Origin: Candidatus Pelagibacter sp.
GTDB lineage: Bacteria; Pseudomonadota; Alphaproteobacteria; Pelagibacterales; Pelagibacteraceae
Reading direction: 5' to 3'
Length of the DNA: 64,000 nucleotides
Assembly (NCBI RefSeq): GCF_052049815.1
Contig: NZ_JBNGZG010000002.1
Coordinates: 798-64,797, forward strand
Shown here: piece after piece, positions 8,816 through 16,835 of the stretch
How positions within the stretch are numbered: the first letter of the stretch is position 1
How the letters are laid out: each line of letters starts with the position of its first letter
Notes under the pieces: model-generated
Told to the model about the DNA's origin: nothing
The model's database searches: none
What the model saw: only the letters and a program-made list of their open reading frames with translations
Position numbers and translations under genes: made by a program

Positions 8816-10674
8816 TGGCTAAACATAAAACTCATTACGAAGAATGTGATATTTTAGTTGTCGGTGGAGGTATGGCCGGAACAGGTGCTACTTTTGAAGC
8901 AAGACACTGGGGAAGAGATATGAAAATTGTTTGTGTTGAAAAAGCAAACATTGATAGAAGTGGAGCTGTAGCGCAAGGTCTTTACGCTATTAATTGCTAT
9001 ATGGGAATGCAGTGGGGTGAAAACCAACCTGAAGATCATGTTAGATACGCAAGAAATGATTTGATGGGAATGGTAAGAGAAGATTTAGGTTATGACATGG
9101 CTCGTCACGTAGACTCAACAGTTCATATGTTTGATGAATGGGGTTTACCTATGATGAAAAATGAAAAGACAGGTAGATATTTAAGAGAAGGTAAATGGCA
9201 AATAATGATTCACGGTGAGAGTTATAAACCAATTGTAGCTGAAGCCGCAAAGAAATCTGCAGATAAAATTTATAACAGAATAATGATCACTCATTTATTA
9301 ATGGATGAGTCTCAACAAAATAGAATTGGTGGAGCAGTTGGCTTTAACATGAGAACAGGTGATTTTCATGTATTTAGAGCTAAAGCTGTAATTGTTGCAG
9401 CAGGTGGAGCTTCACATATCTTTAAACCTAGAGCTGTTGGTGAAGGAATGGGTAGAACTTGGTACGCACCTTGGAGTAATGGTTCTGCATATGCATTACC
9501 AATTGCAGCTGGTGCAAAAATGACTCAAATGGAAAATAGAATTGTTCTTTGTAGATTTAAAGATGGTTATGGACCAGTTGGTGCTTATTTCTTACATCTA
9601 AAAACATATACACAAAACGCTAATGGTGAGAATTATGAGAAGAAATGGTATGATCAAACTAAAGAGCTAGTTGGAGAATATATTGATCACCATCCAACTC
9701 CTACTTGTTTGAGAAATCATGCATTTATTCAAGAAGTTGCAGCTGGCGGTGGACCAATTCACATGGTAACAAAAGAAGCTTTCCAAGATCCACATTTAGA
9801 AACTGTTGGATGGGAAAACTTCTTAGGTATGACAGTTGGTCAAGCGGTTGTATGGGCTTCACAAAATATTGATCCAAAATATACTAATCCAGAATTAACG
9901 ACATCTGAGCCATATGTAATGGGTTCACATGCAACATGTTCTGGAGCTTGGGTAAGTGGACCCGAAGATTTGTCTCCACCAGAATATTTCTGGGGATACA
10001 ACAGAATGTTAACAATTGACGGTTTATTTGGTGCTGGTGATACTGTTGGTGGAAGTGCGCACAAATTCTCATCAGGATCATTTACTGAAGGTAGGTTAGC
10101 AGCAAAAGCAGCTGTGAAATACATTGAAGATAAGAAAGCTGATGGCATCAAAGTTTCAGACAAACAATGTGAAGAGTTTAAAACTAAAGTTTATAAACCA
10201 TTAGATAATTACACAATTGGAAGAAACGAAATTACAGGAGGAACTGTTTCTCCAAGTTATATTTCGCCAATTCAAGGTTTACAAAGACTCCAAAAGATAA
10301 TGGATGAGTATGTTGGAGGAATAACTTCAAACTACATGACTAATGGAAATATGCTAAAAAGGGGACTTGAATTACTAGAATGGCTTCAAGAAGATCTAGA
10401 AAACGTTGGTGCTGAGGATTATCACCAGTTAATGAGAGCATGGGAGCTTAAACATAGAGCTTTAACTTCTCAGTGTGTTACAGAACATACTTTGTTTAGA
10501 GAAGAAACTCGTTGGCCAGGTTATTATTACAGAGGCGATCACATGAAACTTGATGATGAAAACTGGCATTGCCTAACAGTTTCAAGAAGAGATCCAAAAA
10601 CTGGTAAGTTTACGATGGAAAAAGTACCTGTTTACCACATTGTAGACGAAAAAGAGGAAAAGAAAGCTTCTTAA
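8815..10674 (+). CDS. aprA: Adenylylsulfate reductase alpha subunit
   Basis: GGGMAGTGA FAD site, RSGAVAQGLYAINCY, GKWQIMIHGESYKP, FKDGYGPVGA, HKFSSGS, EETRWPGYY. Confidence 0.97.
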   Translation: MAKHKTHYEECDILVVGGGMAGTGATFEARHWGRDMKIVCVEKANIDRSGAVAQGLYAINCYMGMQWGENQPEDHVRYARNDLMGMVREDLGYDMARHVDSTVHMFDEWGLPMMKNEKTGRYLREGKWQIMIHGESYKPIVAEAAKKSADKIYNRIMITHLLMDESQQNRIGGAVGFNMRTGDFHVFRAKAVIVAAGGASHIFKPRAVGEGMGRTWYAPWSNGSAYALPIAAGAKMTQMENRIVLCRFKDGYGPVGAYFLHLKTYTQNANGENYEKKWYDQTKELVGEYIDHHPTPTCLRNHAFIQEVAAGGGPIHMVTKEAFQDPHLETVGWENFLGMTVGQAVVWASQNIDPKYTNPELTTSEPYVMGSHATCSGAWVSGPEDLSPPEYFWGYNRMLTIDGLFGAGDTVGGSAHKFSSGSFTEGRLAAKAAVKYIEDKKADGIKVSDKQCEEFKTKVYKPLDNYTIGRNEITGGTVSPSYISPIQGLQRLQKIMDEYVGGITSNYMTNGNMLKRGLELLEWLQEDLENVGAEDYHQLMRAWELKHRALTSQCVTEHTLFREETRWPGYYYRGDHMKLDDENWHCLTVSRRDPKTGKFTMEKVPVYHIVDEKEEKKAS

Positions 10675-10696
10675 ATAAATATTCGAAGGAAATAAA

Positions 10697-11050
10697 TTGA
10701 AAGATTTACTCAATAAATCTGATGAAGAAATCTTTGCAATCGCAAAACCTTATTGGGAAAATCTAATTAAATCCTCAAATCTTAAGGATTATGGTGGTTT
10801 TACAAGAGATTTTTCCACTCAAATGTTATTTGGAGCAAATGAAGTTGAGCTAGGAAAGCAATGGGCTAATAATAAAGTAATAACCAACCTTCATGAAACC
10901 TACAATCCTTTTGGAACTCTTAGAAGAGGAGATCATATTACAGTGTTGATTAAACAGACAAATAAAGAACTCCCAGGTGAGTTTTTAGGAAGATTAGTTT
11001 TAGGCGTTGAGGATGATGAAGTTAAAATCTTTGGCGCTACCATATATTAA
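10697..11050 (+). CDS. Conserved-looking hypothetical protein, 117 aa
   Basis: TTG start after an AAGGA-like SD; 22 nt after the aprA stop; soluble alpha/beta composition. Confidence 0.7.
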   Translation: MKDLLNKSDEEIFAIAKPYWENLIKSSNLKDYGGFTRDFSTQMLFGANEVELGKQWANNKVITNLHETYNPFGTLRRGDHITVLIKQTNKELPGEFLGRLVLGVEDDEVKIFGATIY

Positions 11051-11077
11051 AAAAATTTAGTCTATTAAACAAATAAA

Positions 11078-11113
11078 TTGACAATTTTCTCGCTAATGTT
11101 ATTGAGCGAGAAA
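11078..11113 (+). promoter_or_regulatory. Promoter overlapped by a perfect 9-bp inverted repeat
   Basis: TTGACA 11078-11083; TATTGA 11100-11105; TTTCTCGCT (11086-11094)-N10-AGCGAGAAA (11105-11113). Confidence 0.55.
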
Positions 11114-11247
11114 TGAATTTCCATTACTTAAAAATATCAAACAAAATTAAGCTTTTAAAACTGAGCCTAGTGAAATTTGGAATAGTTGTTAGTTTAACTG
11201 CTTATTGGAGTGTTATTTTAGTTGGAACTTTCCTTGCTTTTAATTAA
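11113..11247 (+). CDS. 44-aa single-TM small protein (not in ORF track)
   Basis: MNFHYLKISNKIKLLKLSLVKFGIVVSLTAYWSVILVGTFLAFN: basic N-terminus plus a ~22-residue hydrophobic C-terminal stretch; fills the gap before tauE. Confidence 0.55.
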   Translation: MNFHYLKISNKIKLLKLSLVKFGIVVSLTAYWSVILVGTFLAFN

Positions 11248-11272
11248 GTAAAATATTAAATAATTAACATCT

Positions 11273-12358
11273 ATGGAAGTTTATTTACCAATAGCGGAAG
11301 TTAATATTAATGCTATTGAAATACTTCTTCTCAGTGCAATTGTAGGTGTTCTATCTGGTTTATTCGGGGTTGGTGGTGGATTTTTAATGACACCTTTTTT
11401 AATTTTTTTAGGTGTGCCTCCTGCCTATGCAGTTGCAAATGAAGCAAATAATATTTTAGCCACTTCAGTCTCTGGCTCAACAACACATTATTTAAAAAAT
11501 ACTTTAGATTATAAGATGGGTTTAATGATAGTTACAGGTGGTGCTATTGGTACTTTGTTAGGAATTTATACTTTTTCATACTTTCAAGATATGGGAAAAA
11601 TTGATGTAGTTATTGCTTTAGCTTACATGTACATTTTAGCAATAATTGGTTCTTTAATGTTGGTCGAGAGCCTTGGTGAGATAGATAAACAGAGAAGAAA
11701 TGTTTTAGTTAAAAAAAAATTACATGTTCATTATTGGATACATGGTCTTCCTTTCAGATTGAGATTTCCAAAATCAAAATTATATGAAAGTGCTTTTACA
11801 CCAATTATTATTGGATTGTTTGTTGGATTTATTGCTGCGATAATGGGAATTGGAGGTGCTTTTATTTTAGTTCCCGCAATGATTTATATCATTGGTATGC
11901 CAACCAAGTTAGTTCCTGGGACTTCTTTATTTGTTACAATTTTTGTGAGCGTGATTGTTACTTTCTTACACGCTTTTAATTATGGCTCAATTGATTTACT
12001 TTTAGTTTTAATGCTTGTTACAGGATCAATCATTGGTGTGCAAGTAGGTCAAAAACTTGGAGAAAAAATTAATAGTAGTGGATTAAGAGCTTTGTTAGCG
12101 ATTTTATTATTGTTAGTTGGAATTGCAATGGCATACGATACTTTTTTTGCCGAGAAGGTTGAAACAGAAATAGTTAAAGTTTTAGATAATGATTTAAATT
12201 TCTTTTCAGTGTTTATTCAAAAATTTTCACAAGAGATGCCTTTATTTTATAGTTTGTTTACAATTATGTTTGCTATTTTTTTAGGTGTGGCGGCAGCATT
12301 TATTAGAAGATTTTTTTCTAACCTTAGAAAAAAATTAGCAGTTCCTGCTAATAAGTAA
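11273..12358 (+). CDS. Sulfite exporter TauE/SafE family permease with C-terminal extension
   Basis: SGLFGVGGGFLMTP and IMGIGGAFILVPAM repeats, GTSLF. Confidence 0.88.
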   Translation: MEVYLPIAEVNINAIEILLLSAIVGVLSGLFGVGGGFLMTPFLIFLGVPPAYAVANEANNILATSVSGSTTHYLKNTLDYKMGLMIVTGGAIGTLLGIYTFSYFQDMGKIDVVIALAYMYILAIIGSLMLVESLGEIDKQRRNVLVKKKLHVHYWIHGLPFRLRFPKSKLYESAFTPIIIGLFVGFIAAIMGIGGAFILVPAMIYIIGMPTKLVPGTSLFVTIFVSVIVTFLHAFNYGSIDLLLVLMLVTGSIIGVQVGQKLGEKINSSGLRALLAILLLLVGIAMAYDTFFAEKVETEIVKVLDNDLNFFSVFIQKFSQEMPLFYSLFTIMFAIFLGVAAAFIRRFFSNLRKKLAVPANK

Positions 12359-13424
12359 ATATATCTGTAAATATTTCTATACAAAAAATACTTACTACAC
12401 CAACTGTTGTCATTCCAATTAAACCTACAACAAAAGGTTTATAACCCATAGACTTTATATCCCTAAAATTGGTAGACAATCCAATTGCAGCCATTGCCAT
12501 TGTAAGAAATACTTTTGAGGAGGTTTTTATTAATGAAATAGTATCAGTCCAAACTTGATTATTGCTTTCTATAAAATAATAATCACCTAAATTTCTAACT
12601 ATTATCATTCCTATAAATCCTAAAACAAAGTATGGGAAAATACTTACTAATGAATAATTTTTCTTAACAACATTTCCTCTGTTATATAGGAACGCAAATA
12701 GAGGTATCATAATTACTAAAAATGTATTTCTTATTAATTTTGTTACAGTTGCTATATTTAGTGTTTCTGGACTGTTAAATTGCTGTTCATAAATTAATCC
12801 TGCAGCTGCCACTTGAGATGTTTCATGAATTGAAGTACCAAGGAAAAGTCCAACTAAAAGAGACTCCGCATCAAAGTAAAAATTTGCAAAATAAGGATAA
12901 ACAAGCATTGAAAAAATACCAAACAAAGTCATGTTTGCGATTGCATAAGATACTTCACTTTTATTAGCTTTTATTACAGGAGCAGTTGCCATAATTGCAG
13001 TAGTACCACATACAGTTGACCCAATTGAAATAAGATAAGCCATTCTAGTAGGGATCTTTAATTTTTTAATTACAAGTTTTATGACCACTAAAACACTTAT
13101 AATGCAGATAATAATAAGAGGAATTGCAATAGTTCCAAACTTTAAGAATTCAAAAGGCTTCAATTGTATTCCTAAGCAGATAATCCCAAGTTTTAAAATA
13201 TTTTTCTGAGTAAAATCTAAACCAATTAAAAACAATTTTCTGATTTTGAAAATATTTCCAAGTATCATTCCAATTAGAATAGCAAACATTGCAGTGGATA
13301 TTGGACTTTTGTCGTAACCTAATAACTCAATTCCAATTACATTATTTATTCCTTGAGAAAGAGAGTATAAAATGAATGCAAGTATAATGCCTGGTATTAC
13401 TACCAATTTTTTCTTTATAGACAT
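12348..13424 (-). CDS. YeiH / putative sulfate exporter family (SuyZ/TauZ-like)
   Basis: LKLGIICLG, GSTVCGTTAIMATAP, GTSIHETSQV, KLIRNTFL, MAMAAIGL; directly downstream of suyAB. Confidence 0.85.
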   Translation of the reverse strand: MSIKKKLVVIPGIILAFILYSLSQGINNVIGIELLGYDKSPISTAMFAILIGMILGNIFKIRKLFLIGLDFTQKNILKLGIICLGIQLKPFEFLKFGTIAIPLIIICIISVLVVIKLVIKKLKIPTRMAYLISIGSTVCGTTAIMATAPVIKANKSEVSYAIANMTLFGIFSMLVYPYFANFYFDAESLLVGLFLGTSIHETSQVAAAGLIYEQQFNSPETLNIATVTKLIRNTFLVIMIPLFAFLYNRGNVVKKNYSLVSIFPYFVLGFIGMIIVRNLGDYYFIESNNQVWTDTISLIKTSSKVFLTMAMAAIGLSTNFRDIKSMGYKPFVVGLIGMTTVGVVSIFCIEIFTDIFTY

Positions 13425-13440
13425 TATACCTTATTGATAA

Positions 13441-14607
13441 TTAAGCACTTCTGTAAAGTTTAGTCATAACAAACTCTCTATGACCTAAAGCTTCAGCACA
13501 AGTTAATCTTCCATTTGCAACTCTTAAAGTTGTTTCTATTAACTTATCTCCTGCTTCTGACATATTCATTTCTCTTGATAGGATTTTTGAAACATCACAA
13601 TCAATATGTTCACCCATACCTTTTACAGTTAATGGATTAGCTGTTAATTTCACAACTGGTTCAATTGGATTTCCAACAATATTACCTTGTCCAGTTGGAA
13701 ATAAATGAATATTAAATCCTGCTGCAGCTTGAAGTGTTACACATTCAGCTGCTGCTGATGAAGTATCCATAAAATATAAGCCTTTACCTTTTTTTGGTTC
13801 TTCTGCTGGTTCTAAAACATCAACAAATTTTCTTGATCCAATTTTTTGGAAATTTCCAAAAGCTTTTTCTTCAATTGTAGTTAAGCCACCAGCAATATTT
13901 CCAGCTGTAGGTTGACTTTCAGAAAGATCATCTGTTGCTTCTTTTAAAATGAAATCGTTGTACGCACTCCAAGTTTTCATAAACTTATCTGAAGCCTCTT
14001 TTGTTGCACCTCTTGTAGCACAAACTTTTTCTGCTCCAGTTAACTCAGAAGTTTCACCAAAACATAAATGAACTCCTAGAGGCTCTAGTTTATCCATCAA
14101 GTTTCCAACTGTAGGATTAGCTGCTAATCCAGATGTTGTATCAGACTCTCCACATTTAACGGAAATCCATAAATCACTTATTGGACATTCTTCTCTTTGT
14201 TTTTCAGATGCCCACATAACAAATTCCTGAGCTTTTTTTGAAGCTTTCATTACAGTTCCAATGTCACCTGTACGCTCTATATGAAAACCTTCAACTGGCT
14301 TCCCAGTCTTTGCAATTCCATCAACAATTTTTTTTGTCCATTTAGGCTCGATACCTATTACAATCACCGCAGCAACATTTGGGTTACTTCCAGTTCCTAT
14401 CATTGTTCTAAAATGTAGTTCTAAATCAGCGCCAAATTGTAATCTCCCGTAAGAGTGTGGCAATGCAATTGTTCCTTTAATGTTATTTGCAACAGCTTCC
14501 GCACATGCATTTGAAATATCGTCTACTGGCAAGATAATTACGTGATTTCTTGTTCCGGCTCTGCCATTTTCTCTTTTATAACCTAAAAAACTCTTTGGAA
14601 TTTCCAT
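13441..14607 (-). CDS. suyB: (R)-sulfolactate sulfo-lyase beta subunit (UxaA family)
   Basis: [62 protein letters not shown]. Start placed at ATG 14607, just after the suyA stop. Confidence 0.85.
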   Translation of the reverse strand: MEIPKSFLGYKRENGRAGTRNHVIILPVDDISNACAEAVANNIKGTIALPHSYGRLQFGADLELHFRTMIGTGSNPNVAAVIVIGIEPKWTKKIVDGIAKTGKPVEGFHIERTGDIGTVMKASKKAQEFVMWASEKQREECPISDLWISVKCGESDTTSGLAANPTVGNLMDKLEPLGVHLCFGETSELTGAEKVCATRGATKEASDKFMKTWSAYNDFILKEATDDLSESQPTAGNIAGGLTTIEEKAFGNFQKIGSRKFVDVLEPAEEPKKGKGLYFMDTSSAAAECVTLQAAAGFNIHLFPTGQGNIVGNPIEPVVKLTANPLTVKGMGEHIDCDVSKILSREMNMSEAGDKLIETTLRVANGRLTCAEALGHREFVMTKLYRSA

Positions 14608-14611
14608 ATTA

Positions 14612-14896
14612 CTACCATTTCTTCGTTTTGACATTGTGAACATGAACGTGCTCACCTTTTTTGATTGATTTAACTACTTTACCAATATCATGACCGTATT
14701 TAAGAATCGTATCACCTTCATTTAGGTCAGTCATTGCAATTTTGTGCCCTAAAGGTATTTCATCTACTGATTGTATATTTACTGTGCTGTCATTTTCCAT
14801 TACCCAGCAAGAACAATCTTGTTTTGGAGTTATTTTTTCAATAACAACTACTCCTACGTTGTCTTTTTCATCGTGAATTATGATATCTGTAGCCAT
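14612..14896 (-). CDS. suyA: (R)-sulfolactate sulfo-lyase alpha subunit (SAF domain)
   Basis: [34 protein letters not shown]. Start placed at ATG 14896. Confidence 0.85.
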   Translation of the reverse strand: MATDIIIHDEKDNVGVVVIEKITPKQDCSCWVMENDSTVNIQSVDEIPLGHKIAMTDLNEGDTILKYGHDIGKVVKSIKKGEHVHVHNVKTKKW

Positions 14897-14912
14897 ATAT
14901 ATTGTGTCGAAT

Positions 14913-14966
14913 TGTTTGTTTGAATTTTCAAAATTCTTATATATTAATCGCAAAAATTAACAAACA
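14913..14966. promoter_or_regulatory. Palindromes in the divergent suyA/xsc promoter region (candidate operators)
   Basis: GAATTTT-C-AAAATTC at 14922-14936; TGTTTGTT (14913-14920) and AACAAACA (14959-14966). Confidence 0.35.
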
Positions 14967-15012
14967 GTTTTTAAAAAAAGAGACTTAATTTAAAGAGAGG
15001 TTACACTAAATT

Positions 15013-16797
15013 ATGACTAAAATGACAACTGAAGAAGCTTTTGTAAAAGTTCTACAAATGCATGGTATTGAACATGCTTTTGGTATTATTGGATCAGCAT
15101 TCATGCCAATTTCAGATATATTTCCTGATGCAGGTATAACATTTTGGGACGTTGCTCACGAAACTAATGGTGGATTAATTGCTGACGGCTACACAAGAGC
15201 TACAGGAAAAATGTCAATGGTCATTGCACAGAATGGTCCTGGGATTACTGGTTTAGTAACACCAATAAAAACTGCTTACTGGAACCATACACCTCTTTTG
15301 TTAGTTACTCCTCAAGCTGCAAACAAAACTATGGGCCAAGGTGGTTTCCAAGAAGTTGAGCAAATGAATTTATTTAAAGATATGGTTTGTTATCAAGAAG
15401 AGGTAAGAGACCCATCTAGAATGGCAGAGGTTTTAAACAGAGTAATTGAAAAAGCCATTAGGGGATCTGCACCTGCTCAGATAAATGTTCCAAGAGATTA
15501 TTGGACACAAGTTATTGATATTGATCTTCCACCAATCGTAAGATTAGAAAGACAAGGTGGTGGATCTGAAGCTATAGATAAAGCTGCTAACTTATTATCA
15601 AACGCAAAATTTCCAGTTATACTTTCTGGGGCTGGTGTTGTAATTGGAGGAGCAATCGAAGCTACTAAAAACCTAGCTGAAAAATTAGATGCACCAGTTT
15701 GCTCTGGTTATCAACATAATGACAGTTTTCCAGGAAGTCATCCATTAGCAGTAGGTCCATTAGGATATAATGGTTCAAAAGCTGCTATGGAATTAATTTC
15801 AAAAGCTGATGTTGTGTTAGCTTTAGGAACAAGACTAAATCCTTTTTCAACTTTACCAGGTTATGGAATTGATTATTGGCCGAAAAATGCAAGCATTATT
15901 CAGGTAGATATTAATCCAGATAGAATTGGTTTAACTAAAAAGGTGACTGTTGGTATCAGTGGTGATGCAAAATTAGTTGCAGAACAAATCTTAGCTAAAC
16001 TTTCATCAAGTGCTGGTGACACTGACAGACAAACAAGAAAAGATTTAATTCATCAAACAAAATCTGCGTGGTTACAAAAACTTTCAAGTTTAGACCATGA
16101 AGATGATGATGAAGGTACAGTTTGGAATAAAGAAGCAAGAGAAAGAGATGCTGATAGAATGTCACCAAGACAAGCTTGGAGAGCAATTCAAGCTGGTATG
16201 CCTGATGATGTTATTATCTCAAGTGACATTGGAAACAATTGTGCAATTGGAAATGCTTATCCAACTTTTGAAAAAGGTAGAAAGTATTTAGCACCAGGTT
16301 TATTTGGTCCTTGTGGTTATGGGTTCCCATCAATCTTAGGAGCAAAAATTGGTTGTCCTGATACACCTGTAATTGGTTTTGCAGGAGATGGAGCATTTGG
16401 AATTAGTATGAATGAGATGAGTTCATGTGCAAGAGAAGAATGGCCAGCGATAACAATGGTTATTTTTAGAAATTATCAATGGGGTGCAGAAAAAAGAAAT
16501 ACAACTCTTTGGTTTGATAACAATTTTGTTGGAACAGAGTTAGATCCTGAATTAAGTTATGCAAAAGTAGCAGATGCTTGTGGTCTTAAAGGTGTAACTG
16601 TAAGAACTATGGAAGAAACTACTAACGCGATCAAACAATCATGTGAAGATCAGAAAAAAGGAATAACTACTTTTATTGAAGTAGTTTTAAATCAAGAGTT
16701 AGGTGAACCATTTAGAAGAGATGCGATGAAGAAACCAGTAAGAGTTGCTGGTATCAACAAAGCAGACATGAAGAAACAACCTTCATTGAATTCTTAA
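15013..16797 (+). CDS. xsc: Sulfoacetaldehyde acetyltransferase (ThDP-dependent)
   Basis: MTTEEAFVKVLQMHGIEHAFGIIGSA, QNGPGIT, GDGAFGISMNE ThDP motif, WGAEKRNTTLWFDNNFVGTEL. Confidence 0.95.
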   Translation: MTKMTTEEAFVKVLQMHGIEHAFGIIGSAFMPISDIFPDAGITFWDVAHETNGGLIADGYTRATGKMSMVIAQNGPGITGLVTPIKTAYWNHTPLLLVTPQAANKTMGQGGFQEVEQMNLFKDMVCYQEEVRDPSRMAEVLNRVIEKAIRGSAPAQINVPRDYWTQVIDIDLPPIVRLERQGGGSEAIDKAANLLSNAKFPVILSGAGVVIGGAIEATKNLAEKLDAPVCSGYQHNDSFPGSHPLAVGPLGYNGSKAAMELISKADVVLALGTRLNPFSTLPGYGIDYWPKNASIIQVDINPDRIGLTKKVTVGISGDAKLVAEQILAKLSSSAGDTDRQTRKDLIHQTKSAWLQKLSSLDHEDDDEGTVWNKEARERDADRMSPRQAWRAIQAGMPDDVIISSDIGNNCAIGNAYPTFEKGRKYLAPGLFGPCGYGFPSILGAKIGCPDTPVIGFAGDGAFGISMNEMSSCAREEWPAITMVIFRNYQWGAEKRNTTLWFDNNFVGTELDPELSYAKVADACGLKGVTVRTMEETTNAIKQSCEDQKKGITTFIEVVLNQELGEPFRRDAMKKPVRVAGINKADMKKQPSLNS

Positions 16798-16835
16798 TTC
16801 TTTAAAAAATTTATCAATTATCGTAAAGTCACTTT

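Noticed and set aside
7521-10674. aprMBA as evidence of dissimilatory sulfate reduction or lithotrophic sulfur oxidation
   Set aside because: No dsrAB, qmo, sat or sox genes are in the window, and the context is organosulfonate catabolism.
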